A stretch of 64,000 bases of DNA, from positions 12,147 to 76,146 of the forward strand of contig JACPGV010000007.1 in assembly GCA_016182385.1 (NCBI GenBank). Direction: 5' to 3'. Source of the stretch: Candidatus Moraniibacteriota bacterium. Its GTDB lineage: Bacteria; Patescibacteriota; Minisyncoccia; Moranbacterales; UBA1568. Under the pieces are notes generated by a model. It searched no databases. It had not been told where the DNA came from and was given only the letters and a program-made list of their open reading frames with translations. The translations under genes and the position numbers were made by a program. Below, piece by piece: positions 19,458 to 28,831 of this stretch; the stretch's first letter is position 1, and each line of letters begins with the position of its first letter.

Positions 19458-19486
19458 GGATACCGTATTTTTTTATTCTCGTCAAG
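19458..19486 (-). promoter_or_regulatory. candidate promoter TTGACG-17-TATCCT
   Basis: Minus-strand hexamers upstream of the 69-aa ORF. Confidence 0.3.
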
Positions 19487-19504
19487 CAATTATAACTTTC
19501 GATT

Positions 19505-20728
19505 TCAAATGCCATTCTTTTCGCCAAAATCAATATACTTTCTTCCCCTCAAATGCTCGGGAAAATATTCCTGTGCCGCCTCTTCTTCCGTTTTAAAATC
19601 AGGCGTATATTTATATCCCTTGCCATATTCAAGGTCCCTCATTAACTTGGTTGACGCGTTACGCAAATGAAGCGGTACCGACTCATTCGGAAATCTCGCC
19701 ACATCTTCTTTAACTTTTCCGTACGCGACATAAAGCGCGTTTGATTTTTTTGATTTCGCAAGATAAACGACCGCTTGTGCCAAATGCACCTCGCATTCCG
19801 GCATCCCAAGCATCTGACATGACTGAAACGCCGCTACCGCCTGAGGCAACGCGAACGAATTGGCCAATCCGATATCTTCCGATGCAAAACGAACCAATCG
19901 CCTTGCCACATAAAGAGGATCCTCACCTGCTTCAAGCATCCGTCCAAGCCAATAGAGTGCCGCGTCCGCGTCATCACCACGCAAAGATTTATGAAGTGCT
20001 GAAATAATACTATAGTGCTCCTCGCCCCCCTTGTCATAAAGAATATGTGAACGTTTGACAACTGTTTCAACCAAAATCGCATCGATCGGCCTGTTTCTCG
20101 AAACACACGCTTCAAACGTATTGAGCGCCGTACGCGCATCCCCACCAGAAACGGCCGCGATAAAACGGAGCGCTTCATCATCACAAGACACGCTTTTTCC
20201 AAAGTATTTTTTTGCATCCTTTACCGCTTTTTCCAAAAGTGTCACAAGCGCCCCTTCAGAATGTTTTTCCAGTGTAAGCACGCGTGTCCGTGATAAAAGA
20301 GCAGCATTTACTTCAAAACTCGGATTCTCAGTCGTCGCGCCAATAAGGGTTACTCTGCCCTGTTCCACATGAGGTAGAAGTGCATCTTGCTGAGACTTGT
20401 TCCAACGATGGATCTCGTCAATAAAAAGAATGGTCCTTCTGCCGTGTGCTTTATTCGTTTCCGCCTCCGCCAAGAGTGCGCGCAATTCTTTGACGCCACT
20501 TCCAACGGCTGAAAGTTGATAAAACTGAGATTGAGTTTCCTCGGCAATAAGAAGAGCGAGTGTCGTTTTTCCGCTTCCCGGCGGTCCCCAAAAAATAAGT
20601 GACGGCACCACGTCTCCCATAATCGCTTCCCGTAAAAAGGATCCCTCACCAAGCACCTTTTCCTGACCGATAAAATCATCAAGACTTTTCGGACGCATTT
20701 GTTCTGCGAGTGGAACATTTCTCTTCAT
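19505..20728 (-). CDS. rarA: replication-associated recombination protein A (AAA+ ATPase)
   Basis: GPPGSGKTTLA Walker A, ILFIDEIHRWNKSQQD Walker B, and the RarA C-terminal domain. Start placed at MKRNVPLAEQMRPKSLDDFIGQ. Confidence 0.9.
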   Translation of the reverse strand: MKRNVPLAEQMRPKSLDDFIGQEKVLGEGSFLREAIMGDVVPSLIFWGPPGSGKTTLALLIAEETQSQFYQLSAVGSGVKELRALLAEAETNKAHGRRTILFIDEIHRWNKSQQDALLPHVEQGRVTLIGATTENPSFEVNAALLSRTRVLTLEKHSEGALVTLLEKAVKDAKKYFGKSVSCDDEALRFIAAVSGGDARTALNTFEACVSRNRPIDAILVETVVKRSHILYDKGGEEHYSIISALHKSLRGDDADAALYWLGRMLEAGEDPLYVARRLVRFASEDIGLANSFALPQAVAAFQSCQMLGMPECEVHLAQAVVYLAKSKKSNALYVAYGKVKEDVARFPNESVPLHLRNASTKLMRDLEYGKGYKYTPDFKTEEEAAQEYFPEHLRGRKYIDFGEKNGI

Positions 20729-20736
20729 AGTGATCG

Positions 20737-21552
20737 TCATACAGCTATTCGTATTCCTACCGGACAATGATCCGAGCCAAAAACGTCCGGCAAAAGAAAC
20801 GCTTCCTCTATTTTCAAACGAAATTTTTTACTGACCAATACATAATCAATCCGCCAACCGATGTTTCTTTCGCGCGCGCGTTGCCAGTGTGACCACCAAC
20901 TATAAAATCCATTCCCTTGATGAAATAAGCGAAACGTATCGACAAAGCCAGCATCAAGAAAATTCTGAAATCCTTCTCGCTCCTCGTTCGTAAACCCATG
21001 TTTTCCTTTGTTCTCTTTCGGGTGGGCAAGATCATTCTCGGTATGAGCGACATTCAAATCACCACAAAAAATCACCGGTTTTTTTGTTTCCAACTCCCGA
21101 CAGTAGGCAAGAAATGCCGGATCCCACTGGTCATGCCGAAGTTTCAAACGAGAAAGATCTTCTTTCGAATTGGGCGTATAGACCGTCACGATAAAAAAAT
21201 CCTCAAACTCGGCGGTCGTCACGCGACCCTCTTCATTTACATCTCCGTATCCATCATGCTCGAGACGAAATTTTTTTCTTATCGTTTCAGGAAAACCATT
21301 CCGAACGGTGAGTGGTTTTTGCTTGGTGAAAATTGCCGTTCCGGAATATCCCTTCCGTTTTGCTGAGTTCCAATATTCCTCATATTCGGGAAGGTCGATT
21401 TCCGCTTGTCCTGGCAATGCCTTTGTTTCCTGTAAACAAAGAATATCTGGCTGATATTTTTCAATAAAAGGCAAAAACAAATCTTTCCTGTGCACCGCCC
21501 GAATACCGTTCACATTCCACGAAATGAGGGTTGTCGTTCTTTTTTTTGTCAT
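20737..21552 (-). CDS. xth: exodeoxyribonuclease III
   Basis: LISWNVNGIRA...LCLQETK, EEP-fold AP endonuclease. Confidence 0.9.
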   Translation of the reverse strand: MTKKRTTTLISWNVNGIRAVHRKDLFLPFIEKYQPDILCLQETKALPGQAEIDLPEYEEYWNSAKRKGYSGTAIFTKQKPLTVRNGFPETIRKKFRLEHDGYGDVNEEGRVTTAEFEDFFIVTVYTPNSKEDLSRLKLRHDQWDPAFLAYCRELETKKPVIFCGDLNVAHTENDLAHPKENKGKHGFTNEEREGFQNFLDAGFVDTFRLFHQGNGFYSWWSHWQRARERNIGWRIDYVLVSKKFRLKIEEAFLLPDVFGSDHCPVGIRIAV

Positions 21553-21601
21553 AAAAAGTATTTTTTATATTATCACTTTCCCATCAATTTGACCAAAAAC
21601 A

Positions 21602-21645
21602 CATAACTATACTTTTCTTGCAATTGCAAGAAAAGTATAGTTATG
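21602..21645 (-). terminator. 44-bp perfect palindrome; likely terminator of the upstream MTTase gene
   Basis: cataactatacttttcttgcaattgcaagaaaagtatagttatg is exactly self-complementary. On the minus strand it is followed by UGUUUUUGG. Confidence 0.55.
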
Positions 21646-21679
21646 GAGGAACGTAATAAAAAACTAAAAAATCACCAGT

Positions 21680-22834
21680 TTACATTTTCTTCCCGTGGCC
21701 CTTAAACGTCACGGCATCAAGCTCGGCAAAGCGACGTTTTTTTTCTTCAATCGATACGTTGTCCTTCATATTTTTCGTCGCGGCCGTACCAGGCCGAGGA
21801 CTGTACCATGCGATGAAAACCTTATCAAAATCCACACGTTTCACGAGATCAATCGTTTCTTCAAATTGTTCGCGCGTCTCGCCGGGAAATCCAACAATGA
21901 TATCGGTGGTAAACCGCACAGTGGGAATACGCGTACGAATACGATCAACAAGCGCGAGATATTCTTCCCGCGTGTACCAACGATTCATATTCTTCAAAAC
22001 CTCATTACTCCCCGCCTGAATAGGTAAATGAAGCGTGCGATCAATATTTTGATGGCGAGCAACAACGTCGATCAACTCGTCAGAAAAGTCCCAAGGATTG
22101 GACGAAAGAAAAGATATTTTTTTAAAACCGGGAATACTGGCTATTCGTTCCAAAAGATATGGGAAAAGGGTCGGGATACGATGACGATTCAAATGCTTTA
22201 CCATAACAGGCTTTACTTTTTCCCCGTCGGGCAATTCATACGCCTCACCCTCCTTTATTTTTTTCGCGAGAACGTCCGCCCCATAGGAATTGACATTCTG
22301 CCCCAGAAGCAACACCTCTTCATACCCATCTTCAGCGACGCGCTTTGCCTCGATCATGATATCTTGAAACGGTCTTGATTGTTCTTTACCGCGTGAAAAC
22401 GGTACGATACAAAACGCGCAAAAATTATTACATCCATTAGAAATAACAATTGAGGCCGTTTTTCCTTTGGCGCGTTCCGGTACATATTCAAAACCAACAT
22501 CTTCCATCGGCAAAAACTCGACGTCCGGCAAACGAGTAGTCAGTCGTTTCATCATCTTTCCATCAGGCACACGCGCCGCCGCACCGATCAAACAACCCGT
22601 GACAACCATACGCGGCGAAGCGAGCCCCAGACGCTGTCGCAAACTCCTGATCATACCATAGACTTTTTCTTCCGCTCGATCACGGACAACACAAGTATTC
22701 AAAATAAGAACATCGGTTAATTCCATTTTTTTCGCGCGGACAAAACCGCGGGATTCATAAAAACTCGCGAGACGCTCCGAATCCGCCACGTTCTGCTGAC
22801 AACCAAAGGTATGAATGAAATATTTTTGTGCCAT
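21680..22834 (-). CDS. MiaB/RimO-family radical-SAM methylthiotransferase
   Basis: MTTase N-domain (FIHTFGCQQN) and a CxxxCxxC radical-SAM core (CNNFCAFC). Shorter than canonical MiaB. Confidence 0.85.
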   Translation of the reverse strand: MAQKYFIHTFGCQQNVADSERLASFYESRGFVRAKKMELTDVLILNTCVVRDRAEEKVYGMIRSLRQRLGLASPRMVVTGCLIGAAARVPDGKMMKRLTTRLPDVEFLPMEDVGFEYVPERAKGKTASIVISNGCNNFCAFCIVPFSRGKEQSRPFQDIMIEAKRVAEDGYEEVLLLGQNVNSYGADVLAKKIKEGEAYELPDGEKVKPVMVKHLNRHRIPTLFPYLLERIASIPGFKKISFLSSNPWDFSDELIDVVARHQNIDRTLHLPIQAGSNEVLKNMNRWYTREEYLALVDRIRTRIPTVRFTTDIIVGFPGETREQFEETIDLVKRVDFDKVFIAWYSPRPGTAATKNMKDNVSIEEKKRRFAELDAVTFKGHGKKM

Positions 22835-22837
22835 ACT

Positions 22838-23905
22838 TTAAAGAGAATTTTTTTTCACGACAATCAATTGACCACATGCCGCGGCAATATCATCACCCAT
22901 CGTTCTCCGCCTCGTCACATTGACACCGGCTGATCGCAACATCTCTTCAAAACGATCAAATTGCCGAGCGGAGCTATCACGATAGACACTGCCCGTAAAA
23001 TTATACGGGATCAGATTGATACGCGCTTTGCCGACACGACGCGCAAAACGAATGAGTTTTTCCGCGTGCTCCTTGGTATCATTGATATCGGCAAGCATCA
23101 CATATTCAAATGTCAAATGTCGGCGCCGACTATCGAACACCAAAAAATAAGCGTTCGTCCACTCGGCAAGCTCATCAAGAAATCCATCAAACGAACTCGG
23201 CATCATTGCTTTTCTTGTCTCACTATCGGCACTGTGTAGCGATACAGCCAAGCGTACCGGCGGCCACGTCTGGTCCTCGAGTATTGTGCGAAGCATTGGG
23301 AGCAATCCCACTGTCGAGACCGTAATATGCGTCGGGCCAATATCCGTGTAGGTAAGTATTTGCCTCAGGGCTTCTTTGACATTGTCATAATTTGCCAATG
23401 GTTCACCCATTCCCATAAAAACGATATTACTGATGCGACCCTCTCTCTCCGGATGATCATGAAGAAATATTCTCCACAAACGATACTGGTCAACGATTTC
23501 ATCACTTGTGAGATTGCGAGAAAATCCCATTTTTCCGGTCGCGCAAAATGTGCACGCCATCGCGCATCCCACTTGAGCCGAAACACACACCGTCCATTGA
23601 CCTCGCGCGTTGCGCATCAAAACAGTCTCAACGCGTTTGTCATCACTGAGTTTTACGATTGCCTTAAAGGTGTCTTTTTTAACACTTTCGAGAATGTGCG
23701 CTGGATGCACAACAAGCCAAGAAATTTTTTCATCAAGTTTTTGACGTACAACGAGTGGGAGTGTGGAAACATCAGAAAATGATCGCTTCTTCACATCAAA
23801 AAGCGCTTCTTCAATTTGCCGAAAACGAAACGCTGGAAGATCACAAAAAAATGTTTGCACTTGCGCTGTGCGAGAAACAAGATGCATAGAAGAATACTGT
23901 AGCAC
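22838..23905 (-). CDS. rlmN: 23S rRNA (adenine2503-C2)-methyltransferase, radical SAM
   Basis: GCAMACTFCATG radical-SAM motif and RlmN/Cfr family layout. Confidence 0.9.
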   Translation of the reverse strand: MLQYSSMHLVSRTAQVQTFFCDLPAFRFRQIEEALFDVKKRSFSDVSTLPLVVRQKLDEKISWLVVHPAHILESVKKDTFKAIVKLSDDKRVETVLMRNARGQWTVCVSAQVGCAMACTFCATGKMGFSRNLTSDEIVDQYRLWRIFLHDHPEREGRISNIVFMGMGEPLANYDNVKEALRQILTYTDIGPTHITVSTVGLLPMLRTILEDQTWPPVRLAVSLHSADSETRKAMMPSSFDGFLDELAEWTNAYFLVFDSRRRHLTFEYVMLADINDTKEHAEKLIRFARRVGKARINLIPYNFTGSVYRDSSARQFDRFEEMLRSAGVNVTRRRTMGDDIAAACGQLIVVKKNSL

Positions 23906-23984
23906 GTTTTTCTAATAAAATCAACACGTCTCGCCAATGAGGAGACGTGTTGCGTGAAAAAGAGAACAAATTATTTTTCATCTA

Positions 23985-25976
23985 TCAATCTTTTTGCACA
24001 CATCGTTGCTTGAATCTCTCAGCTGAAAAACAACATGTTGTGCCAACACCACAACTTCCGGAAGGAAGAGAACATGTCATTCCAGTAGATGTTTTTACCC
24101 CATATTCATAATCACCCGCGAAAGGATCACACTGTGATCCGACGTCGTGGGGTCTCACGGCACCAATCATTTGATCGGTTGCACTAACCCAACCAGATCC
24201 CAAACTTACCGGTTCAGCCCATTTCCCTGTAATAATAACTCTTCCACAACCCGTGCCCGTCACAGTTGATCCACCGGCAGAAGGAGTGCATGTTGTCATG
24301 GTACCGTTGGGACAACACTGTGCTTTGATAGCGGGATCTCGTAAACACGATCGTGTTCCATCAGGAAGGGTGTCAACATACTCTTGTCTCGCCCAACCAC
24401 AGCTAATTGTTGTATTGTTAGTACCGCCTCCGCCACTACCAGTACCGCCACCCGTACCCTGTCCTTCGTCTGGTTTCCAAAGAACATTAAAGACGGAGCT
24501 TGAGATACAATACTGTGTTACTCTTTGACCATTTCTTCCTATCCATGATACATAATCATCTGTTTCTTGTGCATCCAAACAACGAGTACTTAACTGCTGA
24601 CGATCTTTACGCTTAATTGTATAGTAGTATGTTTTGCCAAATTGCAATGTCGGTTTTTTTGATTGACCATAGTATTCATTTATGGAAACAGTTTTTTCTT
24701 CCGGACCAACATTGTACCACACAGTTGTTGCAGAAGATATCATACTCACAAACACATCTTGAACCGTATCATCTTCACTTGCACAAGGATGATCGGAAAG
24801 TATGCCGATATAATCAGCCTCATCACCTTGTTTATAACTATAGAGTTCAAATTTACCTTCCCCAGTTATGTTTTCTCTGACTCGAAAAGGGAAAACGGCA
24901 ACCGAATGATAGTTCATTCGTTCCAATCCGGGAATATGAGGAAAACGGGAGGCAAAACTATCAATCGGTCCTCCGCTATACGTTACTTCATACGCCTGAC
25001 TTTCCGTAGAAAAAATCTCTCCGTTTTCATTCTTAATCACAATCGTCTTATCAAATCCCGGGCAACTGCCTGAGAAAGGTGTGGTGTTACCCTTGCTACC
25101 TCCACCTGTGCCATTTCCTGTATTCCCACCGCTTGTTGTCACATTGGTACCTGTCTTCACTGTGACATCAACCGTGTTTGTACTGATGGTTTCCTTGTCT
25201 TTGTTTTGCAAAGAAACACTGTAAGATCCCAAGACGATATCTTTGGGAACAGTAAAGGTGATGGAAGTCTTGGAGATATTCGTAAGAGGTATAGTATAGA
25301 CGGTACCAGTACTGGATGTGAGGGAAACTGAAAGATTGTCTTTGTTGAGATTATTTTCACCAAAGAATTCTTCGTATCGATCACCGTAAATGATGAGTCT
25401 TCCTTCGGTAGTAAGCGCGAGAGCTTTGTGGACGAAAGGCAGGAAAGAGCTCGGTGGAGGAGTCGGTACAACAGGAACAGTGACATCAGTATCGGGAGTA
25501 ACGGTCGTTTGAGTCGCTGTTTTGACATTGGAGGTCGTATCACAGCTGAAAGAAAAAGTACCATTGGCGTCCTTTTGTAGGCCCGGGATATTGGCAGAGA
25601 AAATGGAAAGGATGGTACTTACGATAAGCCACGCGGAGAGCATGACGGTCACACCGATGAGAGCGGCAAAGATGCCTCCTTTGGCTGTTTTCATGGTGCT
25701 TTCGTTACCAGAAGAGACAATATACAAAATAGCCATAGCGACAATAACCGCGATGGCGATATAGGTCATGATTTGAAGACCATACGAGATGACACCTTGA
25801 CCGCCAACAATAATATGGCAGGCGGTACAGGGTTTGGATTCATCGATATTTGTAGTTGTTGCATCATCCTGTGAACGACCGCAGGGTACTAAGGCAGCGT
25901 TTGATGTCTCAGGGAGAAGAAAGAAGAATGAAGAGGAGAGAAGAAGCACGAGAGAACACATACGAAGAAAAGACAT
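23985..25976 (-). CDS. large secreted Cys-, Gly- and Thr-rich protein with a TrbC/VirB2-like (T4SS-pilin-like) N-terminal module
   Basis: Signal peptide and a Cys pair (CGRS...CTAC), then two hydrophobic helices, then about 500 aa with G/T-rich linkers and many Cys residues. Confidence 0.5.
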   Translation of the reverse strand: MSFLRMCSLVLLLSSSFFFLLPETSNAALVPCGRSQDDATTTNIDESKPCTACHIIVGGQGVISYGLQIMTYIAIAVIVAMAILYIVSSGNESTMKTAKGGIFAALIGVTVMLSAWLIVSTILSIFSANIPGLQKDANGTFSFSCDTTSNVKTATQTTVTPDTDVTVPVVPTPPPSSFLPFVHKALALTTEGRLIIYGDRYEEFFGENNLNKDNLSVSLTSSTGTVYTIPLTNISKTSITFTVPKDIVLGSYSVSLQNKDKETISTNTVDVTVKTGTNVTTSGGNTGNGTGGGSKGNTTPFSGSCPGFDKTIVIKNENGEIFSTESQAYEVTYSGGPIDSFASRFPHIPGLERMNYHSVAVFPFRVRENITGEGKFELYSYKQGDEADYIGILSDHPCASEDDTVQDVFVSMISSATTVWYNVGPEEKTVSINEYYGQSKKPTLQFGKTYYYTIKRKDRQQLSTRCLDAQETDDYVSWIGRNGQRVTQYCISSSVFNVLWKPDEGQGTGGGTGSGGGGTNNTTISCGWARQEYVDTLPDGTRSCLRDPAIKAQCCPNGTMTTCTPSAGGSTVTGTGCGRVIITGKWAEPVSLGSGWVSATDQMIGAVRPHDVGSQCDPFAGDYEYGVKTSTGMTCSLPSGSCGVGTTCCFSAERFKQRCVQKD

Positions 25977-26025
25977 AAGAAAAGTTTTATTGTTTATGTT
26001 GGTTAGATTGTACCATGTTTTTTTA

Positions 26026-26355
26026 TTATTGGCTACTTTTCCCAGAAAAAATATCCCTCTTCAATACAGGTTGCTTTTCATGATCTATGGCGGCATGTTT
26101 CAATTGATCTACAGCTTCACGAAAACGACTCTCCCGAAAATTGGTTTCTTTAACATAGGAATCCAAAAATTTCTTTTTTTGTTCATCATTCCAACTATAA
26201 CGATGTAAACTATAATACCAAAACCACCCCCCAAAACCAAGTACCACGCAAAAACACAAAAAATAAAGAATTTTATAGTGTTTATACCAAAACACTAATG
26301 GCGCTCTTGATAAGAAAAAATTTTTTATCTGTTCAAATAATGAACGTATTTGCAT
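26026..26355 (-). CDS. small membrane protein, hypothetical
   Basis: One or two TM helices. Sits between the large secreted protein and pilO. Confidence 0.35.
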   Translation of the reverse strand: MQIRSLFEQIKNFFLSRAPLVFWYKHYKILYFLCFCVVLGFGGWFWYYSLHRYSWNDEQKKKFLDSYVKETNFRESRFREAVDQLKHAAIDHEKQPVLKRDIFSGKSSQ

Positions 26356-26360
26356 ACTCG

Positions 26361-27140
26361 TTATTTTTTATCCACATACACCGCTATTTCAAATGCCGCC
26401 TCAAGTGGTGGTCGTTTTTTTGTTTCCGCCTGTTGCTCAGGGGTATCAGTAACCGTCGACTCACCGGAACCAAAAGGAATAAAAGGATTGACTCCGTCTC
26501 CAAAAGAACGACCCGGACGGCCACTACTCTCTTCTTCATCATCGACATGGTGCATTTCTACGGAAAGCATATCCAGAGCAAATGGCAGCGTCTCTATCTT
26601 ATGCAGTAAAGTCACAATGTCAACATACTCTCCTCTCACAACAACAGTAATATGCAAATAACGATGAAACGGGAGATTGTCAATAATATTTTTTACATCT
26701 TTTTTCGTAGAAGACGGCGTATTCTCTTCGCCGATAGCTTCACGTGTTTCGGAAGATTTCTTCGGTTGATCGGGAGAGGCTACGATTTTTTTCTCAATAA
26801 TAGCTTTATCGCTTTTTGCTTCAATAATTATTTCAGTATTTGTTTCTTTGGCAAGTTGTTCAAGTGTTTTTACAAACGTCACGATACGATCTTCGGTCAA
26901 CATAATATCAAGCGTATTTTTTCCCGCCAAAATTTCATCGTATTGTTTTTCAAGCTCTGGCAACTTTTTAATTTGCCGATCACGATTTTCACGACTCGTA
27001 TAATATTTTTGAATATCATCTCTTTTATCAGATATTATTTGACGCAACGGTTTGATGCCAAACCACGCCACAAGTCCGATGAGCACGCATACTCCGACTA
27101 TAGAGAGACCAACTGTTTGTTTTTTGGAAAAAAATTTCAT
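26361..27140 (-). CDS. pilO: type IV pilus assembly protein PilO-like
   Basis: N-terminal TM anchor and coiled coil. Positioned after pilM and pilN. Confidence 0.55.
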   Translation of the reverse strand: MKFFSKKQTVGLSIVGVCVLIGLVAWFGIKPLRQIISDKRDDIQKYYTSRENRDRQIKKLPELEKQYDEILAGKNTLDIMLTEDRIVTFVKTLEQLAKETNTEIIIEAKSDKAIIEKKIVASPDQPKKSSETREAIGEENTPSSTKKDVKNIIDNLPFHRYLHITVVVRGEYVDIVTLLHKIETLPFALDMLSVEMHHVDDEEESSGRPGRSFGDGVNPFIPFGSGESTVTDTPEQQAETKKRPPLEAAFEIAVYVDKK

Positions 27141-27141
27141 A

Positions 27142-27705
27142 CTATTTATTTTTTCTGAGACATTCCATTTTTACGGAAAAATCCATTTCAAAATCAACAT
27201 TTTCCTGTGAAAAAAGATTCGAAATTGGCATATTAACATTCTCAACACAAGCGGCGCTTTTCAACCGGTGTTCAAACGAAAGAAGATCTTCGCGCTGTTT
27301 AGCCATACCGGATAACAAAACCGTATAATTTTTTGTTTGTATTGTATCCACAACAACACCTTCCGGTAACAACGCATCAAGCAAAATAAATACTTGCGTA
27401 AAATATAAGTGAAAATATTGAATTTTCCCTATCACGTCGGTTTTCTCGTTGGTTTCGCGAAAAGACATTTCGTATTCAGACAATTTCTTCTCTTGAGAGT
27501 ACATCGCTGTATCAATTCCGCTATCCACAGACTGATAACTTTTTAATTGAAAATCAAGAATAAAATAGATTCCAAAAAGAATACCAATATAAAAACATTC
27601 CAAAAGAAAAATCAAAAAAAGTTGCCATAACAAAAAACGAACGTGCAATCCTCGACGGATAATCGCTTTTTTTTCTTCTGGCAAAAGATTAAGCAAAGTC
27701 TTCAT
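27142..27705 (-). CDS. pilN: type IV pilus assembly protein PilN-like
   Basis: MKTLLNLLPEEKK (the INLLP motif) followed by a TM helix. Confidence 0.6.
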   Translation of the reverse strand: MKTLLNLLPEEKKAIIRRGLHVRFLLWQLFLIFLLECFYIGILFGIYFILDFQLKSYQSVDSGIDTAMYSQEKKLSEYEMSFRETNEKTDVIGKIQYFHLYFTQVFILLDALLPEGVVVDTIQTKNYTVLLSGMAKQREDLLSFEHRLKSAACVENVNMPISNLFSQENVDFEMDFSVKMECLRKNK

Positions 27706-28783
27706 ATTCGTCGAGGCCACGCAACGCGAGGCCGATAGCAGTTGAGTACTGCACTGAATGATTACGATCAATAAGCGGAATTTCTTTTCCTAACCGCACA
27801 TTCACCCACGGATTGCCAGATTCAACCGCTCGCTCCAAACGACGAGCCATATAGGGTAATAACCCAATCATATTTGATCCACCACCACAAAAGACAATCG
27901 TATCTACGGTATCAGAATAGCGAAGATTATTTAAATAAAAATCAATAGATTTTTCTATTTCCATGGCAATATTTTCCAATACCGGCTGTGCTGCCTTCAG
28001 TACCGGACTTTTGAGCGCAAGTGACCCCAACCCCTGTTTGATTTTTATCTCTTCCGCTTCATCAAAAGAAAGATGAAGTGCTTTGGAAATGGCATCCGTT
28101 ACCATCTGTGAAGAAAGAGGCACGCTCGAAGTAAAACACGGGGTACTACCAATGGCCACAAGAAAACTCGTTCGCCGATCACCAATATCTACGATGAGTG
28201 TCGTTCGTTTGTCATCTTTCTCGGGAAGCAAACTACGTGCCTGAGCAATAGATTCTGTTTCCAAACCGACCACTTCCAAACCAGCGCTTTCCAATACCGA
28301 CTGAAATTGATCGACAACGCTTCTCGCCACAGCCACCACCAAAATACTCATTTTCCCCTTCTCTTGAACCAAATCGGTATTAAGAATCTGCCAATCATAA
28401 TATACTTGATCAAGTGTCAGCGGTATATTGGCTTCCACTTCCCATTTGATTGCCTCTTGCGCTTCTTCTTTCTCCATTTTCGGTAACGTAATAATACGCA
28501 AAAAAGCCTTCGTTTCGGGTAAAGAACAAATCACTTTGCGAGTTTTAATCTTTTTTGGTCCAGCTTTTTCTAAGAGTTTGATTACTGCCTGACGCACCGG
28601 TTCAACATTCATGATTTCACCATCAATAACACTCCCCAGTGGCAAGGGAACAGAACCAAAACTCTCTATAGAATCTTGATTGCCCATACGATCAAGCCAC
28701 ACGGCTTTTATCGAAAGGTCAGAGAGATCCAGTCCAAAAGAATTAGGAAACAAATCAAAAATTTTTTTCTGTAAAATACTCAT
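27689..28783 (-). CDS. pilM: type IV pilus assembly protein PilM
   Basis: Actin-like ATPase fold, FGLDLSDLSIKAV N-terminus. Operon with pilN and pilO. Confidence 0.85.
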   Translation of the reverse strand: MSILQKKIFDLFPNSFGLDLSDLSIKAVWLDRMGNQDSIESFGSVPLPLGSVIDGEIMNVEPVRQAVIKLLEKAGPKKIKTRKVICSLPETKAFLRIITLPKMEKEEAQEAIKWEVEANIPLTLDQVYYDWQILNTDLVQEKGKMSILVVAVARSVVDQFQSVLESAGLEVVGLETESIAQARSLLPEKDDKRTTLIVDIGDRRTSFLVAIGSTPCFTSSVPLSSQMVTDAISKALHLSFDEAEEIKIKQGLGSLALKSPVLKAAQPVLENIAMEIEKSIDFYLNNLRYSDTVDTIVFCGGGSNMIGLLPYMARRLERAVESGNPWVNVRLGKEIPLIDRNHSVQYSTAIGLALRGLDEYEDFA

Positions 28784-28831
28784 TTGTTTTTCTTTTCCTT
28801 ACTATCATAGCATATTTCTTCTTCAAAAAAG

